A stretch of DNA of 64,000 bases from Octopus bimaculoides (Eukaryota): NCBI RefSeq assembly GCF_001194135.2, contig NC_068981.1:120978405-121042404 (forward strand), written 5' to 3'. Below, in pieces: positions 52,301 through 64,000 of this stretch. The notes below the pieces were generated by a model. It saw only the letters and a list, made by a program, of their open reading frames with translations, did no database searches and had not been told where the DNA came from. Position 1 is the stretch's first letter, and every line of letters starts with the position of its first letter. The translations under genes and the position numbers were made by a program.

Positions 52301-54769
52301 CACAAAAATGGTGACAAGCCCAAAATCAACCTCATTGTTAATATCCTTGTTCCGTGATCATCATATTCATTAACTCATATATTGTGACACTTATGAATAG
52401 GGAAGTATATGACATATCAGCATGCTTCCTTGCCTCATCCTCAGTTTAAAAAAAAACTAGGAGACATCACTCCACAAATCAACTGTAGCTACCTCTAATT
52501 GTTCTCGTGAAAGTATAATGCAAACTGTTTCACTCTTGTCAATGCGGAGGTAGGTGACTTCTCTCTCCTATTTCTCTTGGACAAAAGTTTTTGGAAATTC
52601 TTTCTCATTCAAGTGGTTCATGTTTTCTATCATTGTGTTATTGGCAGCATTAGCAATAGAAAAATGGATGTTGTATTCTCTGTTTTCTGGTGTTTCCCTG
52701 TGTGCATTGTTTCTGTTGCTTGACATATTGGACATGTTGAGTTAATATCGTTATCAGTAAAAAAGTTGTTTGTTTTCTCTGTGTTGGATGTTTCCATCAT
52801 GTTTTGTAAATCAATGTCCATTTTTTTTTTTACTTGTTTTCTGTTCCATTTAATCAACTTCTTTTGGGGTGGGCATTGTTTTTCTGGCAGGAAGCCATCT
52901 TTGAGTGAATCTAAATATAAGATAATGTTCAAAATGTCCAAAAATGATAAACCCTGCTTCATGTTTTGGCATCACAGAACATTTCCAAGAAGGGTTTGCT
53001 GAAGAAAATGTTTAAAAATGATTTTTTTTTTTGTTACATTTGGTAAACATCCAAATTCTGCAGAGTGAGGAGATGAACATCAGTCACAGCAAACAACAAC
53101 AACAACAACAATAATAATCCTTTCTACTAAAGGCACAAGGCTTAATAATAATAGTATTTTTTTTTTACTATTGCCACGAGGGTGATGGATGAGGTTACAT
53201 TACAGGGACAGATTACAGGAAGTAGGGCAGTTCATTAAGGAGTTGAATGAATGAAAGAAAGTGATGTTTATTTCCCAAGAAGATGACTTCTCTTTAGGGC
53301 TGATTAAGGAACCTCACAGATCTAGGATTACTCTGACCATCAAGTGTAAGTGCTCTTTTCCAGCTGTTTTCTCGTAGGTGTCTTATGAACAGTGGCAAGA
53401 TTTTTAAATGGTTGGTAGATGGTGGATATTGAAATGAGTTTTCTGACTCTATAGGAAACCTGTCTGTTTGGTGTGTATAACAAGAACCATAAGAAAAGGT
53501 ACTAGATGTCTAAGATTGTTGAATACAGCTTGATATCTAGCAAACTGATACTGGCAGAACTACAATGAAATTCTGAGTGAATGAAAGGAATAATAATAGT
53601 TTCTTGATTTAATAATGTAAACATCTACAGTAATGTGGAGGAAACAAGGAATAGGGTAAAACAGTGGTGGTGGGGAAGGCATATAAAAATTTGAAAAAAA
53701 GAAAAACTAATAACAATGAGAAATAACAAAATGTACCGGCAAAATCTCCTGTTGAGTGGGCTGTGTGCTAGAGCCTAGAAAGCCCACAGATCCAGGATTA
53801 CACTGACCACAAAAGGCTTGCATCCTCTCTCAGCTGTTATTTCCTGGTTTTCAGGCATAAGCTAAGATTACATCCATTCACTCAGGTCATATTTGCCACT
53901 CATACCCAGTGTTCAATAAAATTACTGTAAGAACAGCACCACCCTCTCACATCTCAGACATTCCCCAGATAATGTAATATGCTTGACATCATTTTCCATG
54001 ACAACAGTATATTAATAAATTAACACAGCAATACCAAATGGTTACAGAAATAGGCAGAAGAGAGCAACAGCTTTCCTTGGCATTAACTCTGCCATGTAGA
54101 ATAACTAAAAGGCCAAAAGATATGGTTGCTCAAATCATTACAAAGCCATTTCCGTGCTTTACAGTAGGTGCTAAACAATCAGGGTTGAAGAATTCTTTGT
54201 GCTGTCCCCAGACAAGCTTGCCTTGCCTCAAAGTGAGAAAACAGCTGAATGATGATTCATCAGAGACGATGACATTTTTCTTATTGAGCCATAGTCCACT
54301 TCTGATAGTCTAAACACCATTTTTCCCAATCTAAGTTTTGAATTAAAAATACAGTACTAGCTGTTGAATTAAAAACAGCATGGTACCTAGGGAATGTGTC
54401 TATCATCCCATTTGTAATTGCTGGGGTTAATACACAATCACTTCTGATAATTACCAAATTACCTATAAGGACAGACACAGGCATCCTAGTGAAAATAACA
54501 ATGTTAGGGTTTGTAAATATTAAGGCATTTTTATTCAGTATTTATGGTTGTTTGAGTTATTGAACTGCAGTTATACTGAAGCACTGAACTGTAGCGATAA
54601 TTGAACTATTTTAAGTCTGTTACTCTTTCTATCAATCTCTTTTACTGAACTGTTAATTTACAGGGATGTAAAAAAAACCAGCTTTGGTTGTGAAGCAATG
54701 TGGGGGACAAACACACACATACATACATACAACCCCCCCCTAATATATATATATATATTCTTAATTATA

Positions 54770-55203
54770 TTAGAAGGTACATGAAGCACTAGCTGGTGCT
54801 TTGTGTACCCTATAATATGGTGGTTGGTGGCACTCTGTCGCTTATGATGTTGAAGGTTCCAGTTGATCTGATCAACGGAACAGCCTGCTCGTGAAATTAA
54901 CGTGTAAGTGGCTGAGCACTCCACAGACGTGTACCCTTAACGTAGTTCTCGGGAATATTCAGCATGGCACAGTGTGACAAGGCTGACCTTTTGAATTACA
55001 GGCACAACAGAAACAGGAAGTAAGAGTGAGAGAAAGTTGTGGTGAAAGAGTACGGCAGGGTTCGCCACCATCCCTGCTGGAGCCCCGTGGAGCTTTAGGT
55101 GTTTTCGCTCAATAAACACTCACAACGCCCAGTCTGGGAATTGAAACCGCGATCCTATGACCGCGAGTCCGCTGCCCTAACCGATGGGTCATTGCGCCTC
55201 CAC
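54770..55203 (-). mobile_element. Relatively young tRNA(Arg)-like SINE
   Basis: Minus strand starts gtggaggcgcaatgacccatcggttagggcagcggactcgcggtcataggatcgcggtttcaattcccagac, with A and B boxes; many CpGs retained. Confidence 0.75.
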
Positions 55204-56508
55204 TACCCTATAATATAATAAAGAATTTATTGTATAGCTGTTTAATACTAATATCACTTGGTGCCACTGTTGTTATTGTTATTGTTATTATCAGTTATTT
55301 AGATTTGTTGCGGATAATAATAATAATATCTTTATATATATATACATACATACATACATGGCCTAGTGGTTAGGGCATTGTTGTCATGATTGCAAGGTTG
55401 TGGTTTAGATTCCCTGACCAGCTGCACATTGTGACCAGCAATGTATAACATCTGGTAGTCTAATTGATATTGTGATACTATGATGTGTGTGTGTGTGTAG
55501 CCTATTTACACACACATACACTTATACATTACATATGTATGTATTGCATTTAATTGACTTTTTTGGTGAGATTTGTATTTCTGGATGGAAGCCATCTTTG
55601 GGTTGAATCTAAATATAGGATTCTATTCAATATGTTCAAAAATGACAAATCTTGTTTCATTTTTGGGTGTGATATAGTCATCTAGAATGCTTAAGAAGAA
55701 TTTGATGAAGAAAATATTTAAAAATAATTTTTTTAATTCTTAACTTAGATACATTTGGTAAATATCCAAATTGTACAGTGTGCATTAGATTGCATCTAGT
55801 TCAACTCTGTCATGAAACTATGCAGGATAAAATAAATTCCAATACCAGTTATATACGGGTGTCAATTCAAAGCTAAATATGTATATAGCTATAATGATAT
55901 TTCAGTGTAAGTATGAGTATTACTAGTGTGAAGATATACTTCTCCCGGTGAGACAAAACTATAACTTGGCATTAATTTGAAGATTGGTCTTTTCAGTTTA
56001 ATTTTTTTGCTGATCATTTTTATTATCATCATCTTTTAACATCCACTTTTTTATGCTCACATGCATCAGAGAGGAATTTGTTGAGGTAAATTCTTTTATG
56101 GCTTGACACCCTTCCTTTTGCCAACCCCCACTTTTTTCTCAAGGAAAGTAATATTTCCCCTGACCCATGACCAAACTTGCTTTCACAAAAGATTAGAAAC
56201 AGAGGACGCTCCTTGCATGACAGTGACACATGTTTATAACTATCACATGATGTCAAAGCAAAGAGACAATAACACATACATACTTTTTAGAAATGAAGAA
56301 AATCATGAATGCAGGAGAAGAGCTGTGAAAACAGCTTTCAAAATTTGGGCAAAAATTCCTCTACAGAATGAAAAAGTTGCCAACAGCTACTACAGTGAAT
56401 CACACTGTATATCTTTCAAATGCCAACTGAGTGCTCTGTATTATTGAGCTAAATGGTCCCTAATACAGATACTGTCTTTTATAACAACAAATAATAGCTG
56501 TTGGAATG

Positions 56509-56660
56509 TGAGAGCATTTTTATAATCAAGCATTGAAGTGATAAGTCAGTCAGTATTTTTTTAGTAATGAAGGAAATCTCCTGCATTCAAGATTTCCTTC
56601 ATTTCTAAAAAATGCGAACTCATTTGACACTCCAATGTTTGTTTATAAAAATGTTCTTAT
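56509..56660. mobile_element. ~150-bp palindromic MITE-like fold-back
   Basis: Outer gagagcatttttataa / ttataaaaatgttctta, middle aagcattgaagtg / cactccaatgttt, and an inner perfect 14-bp stem AATGAAGGAAATCT / AGATTTCCTTCATT with a 10-nt loop. Confidence 0.7.
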
Positions 56661-59547
56661 ACATACATACATACATACACACATACATACATACTTATAT
56701 CTATCTATCTATCTATCTACACACACACACACATACACACTAGGTTTCTTTCAGTTTCTGTTCACCATATCCACTCACAAGAGTTTGGTCAGTCTAGGGC
56801 TATAGTAGAAAATACCTGACCAAAATGCCATGCAGTGGGACTGAACCTAGAACTATGTAGTTGAGAAATAAAATTCTAATCACACAGCCATGCCTGCTAG
56901 AAACAATTATTATCATTACTATTATTATTATTATTATTATTATTAAGGCAGCAAACTGACAGAACTGTTACTGTTCTGGACAAAATGCTTATCAGCATAT
57001 TTCATCTATCTTTATGTTCAGAGTTTAAATTTTACCATCGCCAACTTTGCCTTTCCTTTTGGTGGGTCAATGAAATAAATATCAGTTGTGCATTGGGGTT
57101 GATGTAATTTACTTACCCCCTACCTGAGCAATTTCAGGCCTTGTGCCTATATTAGAAAAGATTATTAGGGATATAAACAAAGAATGCTAGACTAAATGCC
57201 TTTGGGTACTTAGTTTCATCTTGATATTCTGTGTTTGAATCCTACTGAAGTTATTTTACTTCCATTCTTTTGAGGTTGATAAAACAGATATCTGGTTTGG
57301 TTGGCTGCATTCATCCACTATGAAGATTGGTCTTCTGCCTTTTATTTTATCACTTAGTTAAGTGGGGTGGGGAGTGTTTTTATGACCCTTTTCTGGGTCA
57401 CCAAATCTGGTGGGTGGAAGGTATTATCAAACTATACACCTGGCTTGAATGCTTGCAATGGCAGATTCCTCTATGAAAGGTAACCAAAAGCCAGGTGGTG
57501 ACCTAGGCAATGAAGTCAGTTGAACATGCAAATATGCTAGAACAAGATTTGAATTCAGAATGTTAAGGGTTGGAACAAAATACTGTAATGCATCCCATCC
57601 AATACTAATTAATGAATGTCTCAGTCTGGCACTTTATTTTATTGATATCAGAATGATGAAAGCCAAAATTGACTTCAGTAGGATTTGAAATCAAAATGCA
57701 AGGAGCCTGAACAAAAATACTGTGAGAATTTTTTTTTCAGGTGCTTTGATGATTCTAGCCATTCACTGCTTGGTCAAAAGAAATTCCTATAATTATCATT
57801 AATCATTCATTAATGCCTCCAAGCATTTAGTTCCATCCTTCTGCACTCTGAGCCATTTTTCCACCAGGGTTGACTTCACCATTAATCCTTCCACACATGA
57901 TAAAACTGTACCAGTGATATGCTGGAATCATTTCAGTTCATTCCATTTGTCCCTCACAGATCTATTATCTTGTTCCAGTGTAAGCATTCATAATCATTAA
58001 CAGTTCATATTTAATTGTTGATATTTAATCATGGCTCTTATCCTGTTTCTGATTTCATTTTTAACCACAGCCTGGTTTCCATTCTTTGGGTTTATCTGTT
58101 AGTCTAATTCTAACCTCATGAATTTCCCAAAAATTTAAAACTGAATATTACATTAATGTATTTGTTTTGCTAGATTCCTGATGTGAAATTGTGTGTTGAA
58201 ACAGATATTGTTATGTTTGGAGATGGTCAATTTTTGCCATATCTTTGCTATAGTACATGTCTTTAATTGGTAAAAATATGACCATCCTCAAAATATAACA
58301 AAATAAAACTAAATAAATAAAAGGGAACAATAATATTAAAAAGGTTTCCATATCCTCATTTTCCTTTCCTGATCTACTGTCAGGTATTTGGAAGGGTTTA
58401 TGTTCTGAAAGGAATTGGTGTTTTTGTTTACTTTAATTATGTTTATTGTTTTTGCTTTTGTATTTTGTTAAATATATTTTCCTTTCTGACTGGGTACTCT
58501 TCATAGTGACAGCCAGTGTTTTAAGAGTGTGAACTAATTCTAAGCCCATTAACCACTGAAATAGAGTGGGTTAATTTGAATATTTGAATAAATGAGCTTG
58601 TTGAAAAAAAAATTCTTTGAAAAATATTAAAAAAAAAAGAATATTTTAAAGAAAAGAAAAAGAAAAATGCCTAGAGTGTTCCGGATTCACATTATAAATG
58701 ATAATGTTAAAACCACAAATAAACTTGGATCAATAAATGATTTGAAAGTTTTTGAACAGTAAACTGATTTTCTTTGAACAAAACTGGTGAAAAGCTGACC
58801 TCATTGTTACTGACAATATTTATAGGCAGGAGAGACTTGCCTGAAATAGCAAAACAATGTTATAGCATTTTTTGTCTTTGATAGAACATTTGAGTTTATA
58901 TCCTGCTGGGGTTTAACATTGCCTTCCTCTCATCACTCTGGGATAAAATAAGTACCAATTAAAATTGATTCCAATGTTTATCTTTTTTTTTCTTTGAGAA
59001 AACAAGAAAATGAAAGGCCAAAGAATATTCAAAAAATTGGCCAATGAAACCAATATGAATATGGTTTTCTAATTGTAATCCGGAATATTATGAAGACTGT
59101 AGATGCTAGATATCAACATATTCTTTACAGTGTACAAAGAATATGACAATGGCTTGCAAGAACAAAAATTTGAGTCAACATTAAACCATAATATGTTTTT
59201 TTTTCAATAATGGCAGCTGGCAATTCTAAAACTACACCCATCCCACATTACAGTAATAATGATAATAGTAATAGTAATAATAATAATAATACTTAAAATA
59301 AAAAAGAATTAAAGAAAAAAATATTCTCTCATTCAATGCAATCTGTATATGTTTAAAGTCTTCATGTAAGAGACCGAAACTTCTGTACAAAGATGAAAAT
59401 CCTAGACACAACTGCAGTGACAAGAAAATGATTTCACTCATATCTGACAACACTGAGCACTCACTCTCACTCTGTCTTTAATCTCTCTCTATTTTCTCAC
59501 TCTTTCTTCATCTTTCTGTTGTACATATATCACATAGAACCTCTATA

Positions 59548-59578
<31 letters not shown>

Positions 59579-61513
59579 NNNNNNNNNNTGTGTGTGTGTA
59601 TATATATACACGAATGTATAAGTCAGCTCACTAATGAAGATGACCATTGCTTATAAATAAGCTGCAGAGTGAAGCTGACTTTTTAACTCAGCTGATGGTA
59701 TTGCAGCTTATATTACTACTATGATATTGATGTCTCTTCTTAGTTAAATGCAATGCAGAATCACAATAGTTGATATTATGTACACACACATACACATTCA
59801 CTCATTATTTTAAATGTGGTATTAAGTGTTCCTTTTGTGACCTTCCTGTAGCATTCCCTTATATACCAATGTTATTTCTCTTCACTGGAATTCCAAGTAA
59901 AACTTCACTGGTGAACTTTCTGTAGTAATCTACTAGATTCTTTTTGCTATTTACCTACAGCTGCTCACCTTTATGTAACATTCCAAAAATTTCCTTCTTG
60001 TGGTATTGTTCTAGATTCCGGTGTGTTATTTCTCTACAACTTACCTCTATGTAGCATTCCTTATAATGACTTTTCTCCAGTATTCTTCCAATTCTTAAGT
60101 GTTGTTTTACTACTATTCACCTTTATATAACAATCCTATAGCAATTTACTTCTAGCTTTCTGCTATTGTTCTCTATTTAACAATTCAAAATTTCTGGTAA
60201 AGTATTGTAAAAAGAGAGAGAAAGAGAAAGAGAAAAGAAAGTGAGAGAGAGAAATAAATCTCTGGTTAAACCAGGCCAGTGTCTTGGATAATTTGATTAC
60301 CAGTTGTATACATATCACTAAATTTATGTTACTAAAATTTTAAAGAATGATTTGAATGTCCCAGCGTCTATATTCCATCTTTTGTAAATTTCTTGGCATT
60401 GTGCATGAAGAAAAAAAAAAATGTTATTTAACTGCTTGTAAGGCAGCGAGCTAGCAGAATTGTAAGCATGCCAGGCAAAATTCATAGTCGCATTTTGTCT
60501 GTCTTTATGTTCTGGGTTCAAATGCCGCTGAGGTCGACTTTGCCTTTCATGTTTTGGAATTGATAAAATAAGTACCAGTCAAGCACTGGGGTCAATGTAA
60601 TTGATTTATCCCCTCCCCTGAACTTGCTGGCCTTGTGCCAAAAACTTGAGACCATTATTTAACTGCTTTAGGACAAGTAAATATATCTGGTGTCCTAAAC
60701 CAGAGCAAAAAATAGGTTTCAATTATACAAATGGAAACCAATAAATCTTACATCACAAAAAAAAAAAAAAAATCAAATCCCATCCCCAAATTCCTGAATA
60801 AAGCACGTATAACCACAAAGACTCATTTCCCCTCCTTTTTAAATGTGAGAATTTGTGCCTATACGAGAGAAAAACAAAAACAGCAAAGAAAAAGCTAACT
60901 TCATTTATTGGAGTATTCTGAAAACCCAAACGATCTTTGAATGAATATTCTGGCTGTAATTTCAGACTTTTACTAATGATATAATAAAATTGATTAAGAA
61001 AATATTTGAAAAAGTATTTCATGAATATTTTAGTTTCTTCTCCATTTTCTTTTTCCTTCTGACATAATTTAAATGAGAGCAAATATCACTTTTTGATACT
61101 GTGTAGTTAGTTCATTGTTGACAAAAAATATTTGCTTCCATTTTTAATTCTGTAAATCAATGTTGAAATCACATACAGGTATATACATATGTACATATAT
61201 ATGTATATGCATGTATTGTCTGTATATATATATGTATGGGTATGGTTGCATGTATGTAAGTGTGCATGCACGTATCAACATGTGCATGTATGTAAGCATG
61301 TATCAGTGTATGTATATATGTATGTATGTATTTATATGTATATATACATACATTCATATTTGCTGTAATCCTATGAATTTTGTAAATTTTCTAGAGAATG
61401 TGAAATAATTCGTTTTTTGGAACATTGGATCATGTCGTACATCATATAAAGCTATAAATAATACCATGTGAATGCTTTTAGCTTTATGTGATGTGCTTTG
61501 AGATTTAGTATTC

Positions 61514-61549
<36 letters not shown>

Positions 61550-61700
61550 NNNNNNNNNNNNNNNNNNNNNNNNNNNNNNNNNNNNNNNNNNNNNNNNNNN
61601 NNNNNNNNNNNNNNNNNNNNNNNNNNNNNNNNNNNNNNNNNNNNNNNNNCACACACACACACACGCACACACACACACACATACATACATATATATATAA

Positions 61701-62720
61701 AGGAAAATAATGATGAGAAGCAAAAGACGAGTTATAATAAAATATATTCCGTTATAAAAATATGTGCACAAAATCGTACAATAAAAATATATAGATATAT
61801 AAATACATTAAAAATATATAAATATATCAATACAAATACACTAAAAATATATTAAGATTATACAAATTCTAAAGTCCATGAATTCAAACCACTGCCTCCT
61901 TCTTCAGGAAAGTTACCAACTGGTAGGTTTACATTTGTTATGCGGATGTGGGAATTCAAAATTGTCAAACTTTATAAAGAGCTGCACTTATCATAAAGAG
62001 ACGTGAGTGTTTTTTTTGTTTTTGGTATAATTTTTCAATGTCCAATAGATTTTTTAGATGTTATCTTTTCTTGTAGACACAGATATTATTCGACCTTTAG
62101 ACATTTGACTAACACAATAAATTATTATTCAATTAGATCTGAATTGTAAAAGCTTGGATCATATCTTCTCCGTTAACCTTCCACCTCTAATATTATTAAT
62201 AGCTTCGTCTTAATAGTTGTATATTCTCCCCCTCTTACTTCTCTATAAAAAAAAACCCTAACACCAACGTCCCTTTGTGATAAGTGTAGCTCTTTATAAA
62301 GTCTGTCAATTTTGAATTCCCACATCCGCATAACAAATGTAAACCTATCAGTTGGTAATTTCCCTGAATTAATGGTTTGAATTAATGGGCTTCAGAATCT
62401 ATTATATCTTTGGACTATTCTGCCCCCAGAAATGGCGTCGGACTTTAAAGACTTATAACCTTCTTTATATATTTATAACATTCGACACTGACTTTATACT
62501 CCACCCATTCTATTTATATATTTTTAATATCGTTTTTATTGTAAGTAGGACTGTATATTTGTATAATCTTAATATACCTTTTGTGTATTTGTATTGCTGT
62601 ATTTTTATATCTATATATATATTGATGATACGATTTTGTGCACATAATATTTTTATAACAATATATCTTATTATGTGTGCATTGGTAATCCGTCTTTTGC
62701 TTCTCACCATTACTTTTCCT
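61701..62720. mobile_element. PLE-like 3' end (+, 62010-62720) preceded by an inverted partial copy (61701-62004)
   Basis: Arms share aggtttacatttgttatgcggatgtgggaattcaaaattg / caattttgaattcccacatccgcataacaaatgtaaacct, and aggaaaataatgatgagaagcaaaagacg / cgtcttttgcttctcaccattacttttcct. Confidence 0.75.
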
Positions 62721-63139
62721 ATTTTTCCTTTGGCTCAAATGTCTTGAGCGCTTCGGTGTGTCTTCTATATATATATATAGAGAATTTATCTCTAAAAAAT
62801 GAATTACATATATATATACACACACATGTACATATATATATATACACACTGATGAATGTGCGTGTATATATGTATCTATTTACATATATATGTATATTAT
62901 ATCATCATCATCATTCAACGTCCACACAGGCGCACACATATATTATGCACCGCTCTGTGTGTGTGTATGTATGTATGCATGTGTGTGTACATGAATGCAG
63001 ACATGACCGAGTGGTTAAGAAGATGGCTTCTCAGGTTTGATTCTACAGCAAGGTATTATTGGGAAATTTTTTTTTACAAAAGCCTTAGGTTGTGAAAACA
63101 ATAACAGCAAATGTCCATCCTGACAAGATTCTTTCAGTC

Positions 63140-64000
63140 ACGTGGCCAGGTGGAATTACACTAATAGAAATCCTCTATCACCCACACGCTAGCGGCATTG
63201 GAACCACACACGTTTATAGAATACTCAGCTAATTTTATGTGCCAAGTAATTCGACTGGGAAGGAGGTGGGGAGCAGAGCTAAGTAGTATAAATACACATT
63301 GGGGTATATTCGAATCCATAAGAAAGCCACATGCAGTACGCCTATCCAGACTGTGGGATGTAAGCATTTTAGCGTGGTTATCGCCTCTTCGGTCACAGAA
63401 AATGGACAGGGTGCGCTGCGAGCGGCTAAGATTGTCTCTCTTATGACATTCCCATCATCGTACAATGACTGATAGCGCTAATCGGTGGCTCACTGCAGAC
63501 AAATTGCTAAATGGGAGCGCTAAGTCGTGATGTGGATAAATACAAGGTTATTTCCAGTTTAAATATGCCCGGGGCTCATTGAAACCCGTAAGAAAGTCAT
63601 TCACTTTGTTTCATCATGGAGAAAATTTCCCGATGTAGACAAAAAGTGTACCTTCGACGTTCTACCCTCACCGGCGAACTTAGTTCGATGGAACATAAAA
63701 ACAACCGATGAATGTGGATGCGGGGAGAAAGCGACGGTGAGACGTTATGTCAAGCTGCAGACTAGCACTGGAAAGGTATATATGGCGCCATAATCAAGTC
63801 CTTGGCGTCATAAGTGCAGCACTCAAGGAGAAGATCGAGGGATACAACAGAGGAGAGTACCCCAAAGTGGAAAAGCGCAGGAAAATATACTTCCAGAAGG
63901 AGGGGGAAAAGACATAAGATCAGGCCTCCAAATAAAATATATGAGATAGACGAAAGATGGAAGGGATACTGGGAGCTGGCCACGGATTTGGGAAGTCTAG
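63140..64000 (+). mobile_element. 5'-truncated, frameshifted RLE-type non-LTR retrotransposon (Hero/NeSL-like), running off the window end
   Basis: TFDVLPSPANLVRWNIKTTDECGCGEKATVR / VMSSCRLALERYIWRHNQVL (CCHC knuckle plus WRH motif), then WELATDL just before the expected PD-(D/E)xK nuclease. GC and CpG content is well above the flanks. Confidence 0.75.

Noticed and set aside
55130-55203. tRNA-like heads here and in the other SINEs as true tRNA genes
   Set aside because: They continue directly into SINE bodies and lack complete acceptor and T stems.
52850-55790. Two similar ~200-bp segments (52850-53060 and 55575-55790) as duplicated exons
   Set aside because: Heavily diverged with indels, no shared reading frame and no splice signals. 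Probably an old dispersed repeat.
59607-59690. AGTCAGCTCACT / AGTGAAGCTGACT stem with CTAATGA and GAAG as a hammerhead relic
   Set aside because: Both core segments are mutated and the stems conflict with HHR topology.
10266-61771. Many long ORFs in the track rich in YI/HT/CV or X (e.g. 13341-14418, 19379-19902, 38504-39604)
   Set aside because: They are translations of (TA)n/(CA)n microsatellites and N gaps, with no coding signal.

Overview
This is AT-rich, gap-containing animal genomic DNA. Its SINE families, microsatellite density and N-gap style suggest an octopus assembly (inference, not proven). The one host gene I can support is the 3' end of a + strand leucine-rich-repeat (LRR) gene. 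Six small GT-AG exons (2714-2795, 10115-10176, 23003-23074, 24664-24703, 32123-32214, 36760-37004) splice in phase into 196 codons: 6-7 LRRs plus an acidic/poly-Q tail. The ORF track touches it only at two exons. The rest is mostly transposon debris: mariner, Helitron-like, MITE, CR1, RTE, Hero-like and Penelope-like (PLE) remnants, plus dozens of SINEs. The most notable hidden signal is a set of hammerhead-ribozyme (HHR) motifs in PLE 3' ends. One is core-intact, in sense orientation in an intron (20211-20311). One is near-intact and antisense, with the same palindromic stem III (30781-30910), and several are decayed relics. PLE ends repeatedly form inverted fold-backs, including a perfect 259-bp palindrome (45677-45935). 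PLE-associated HHRs are a known class, so any novelty lies in these particular instances. All structures were found by eye and none has been tested computationally.
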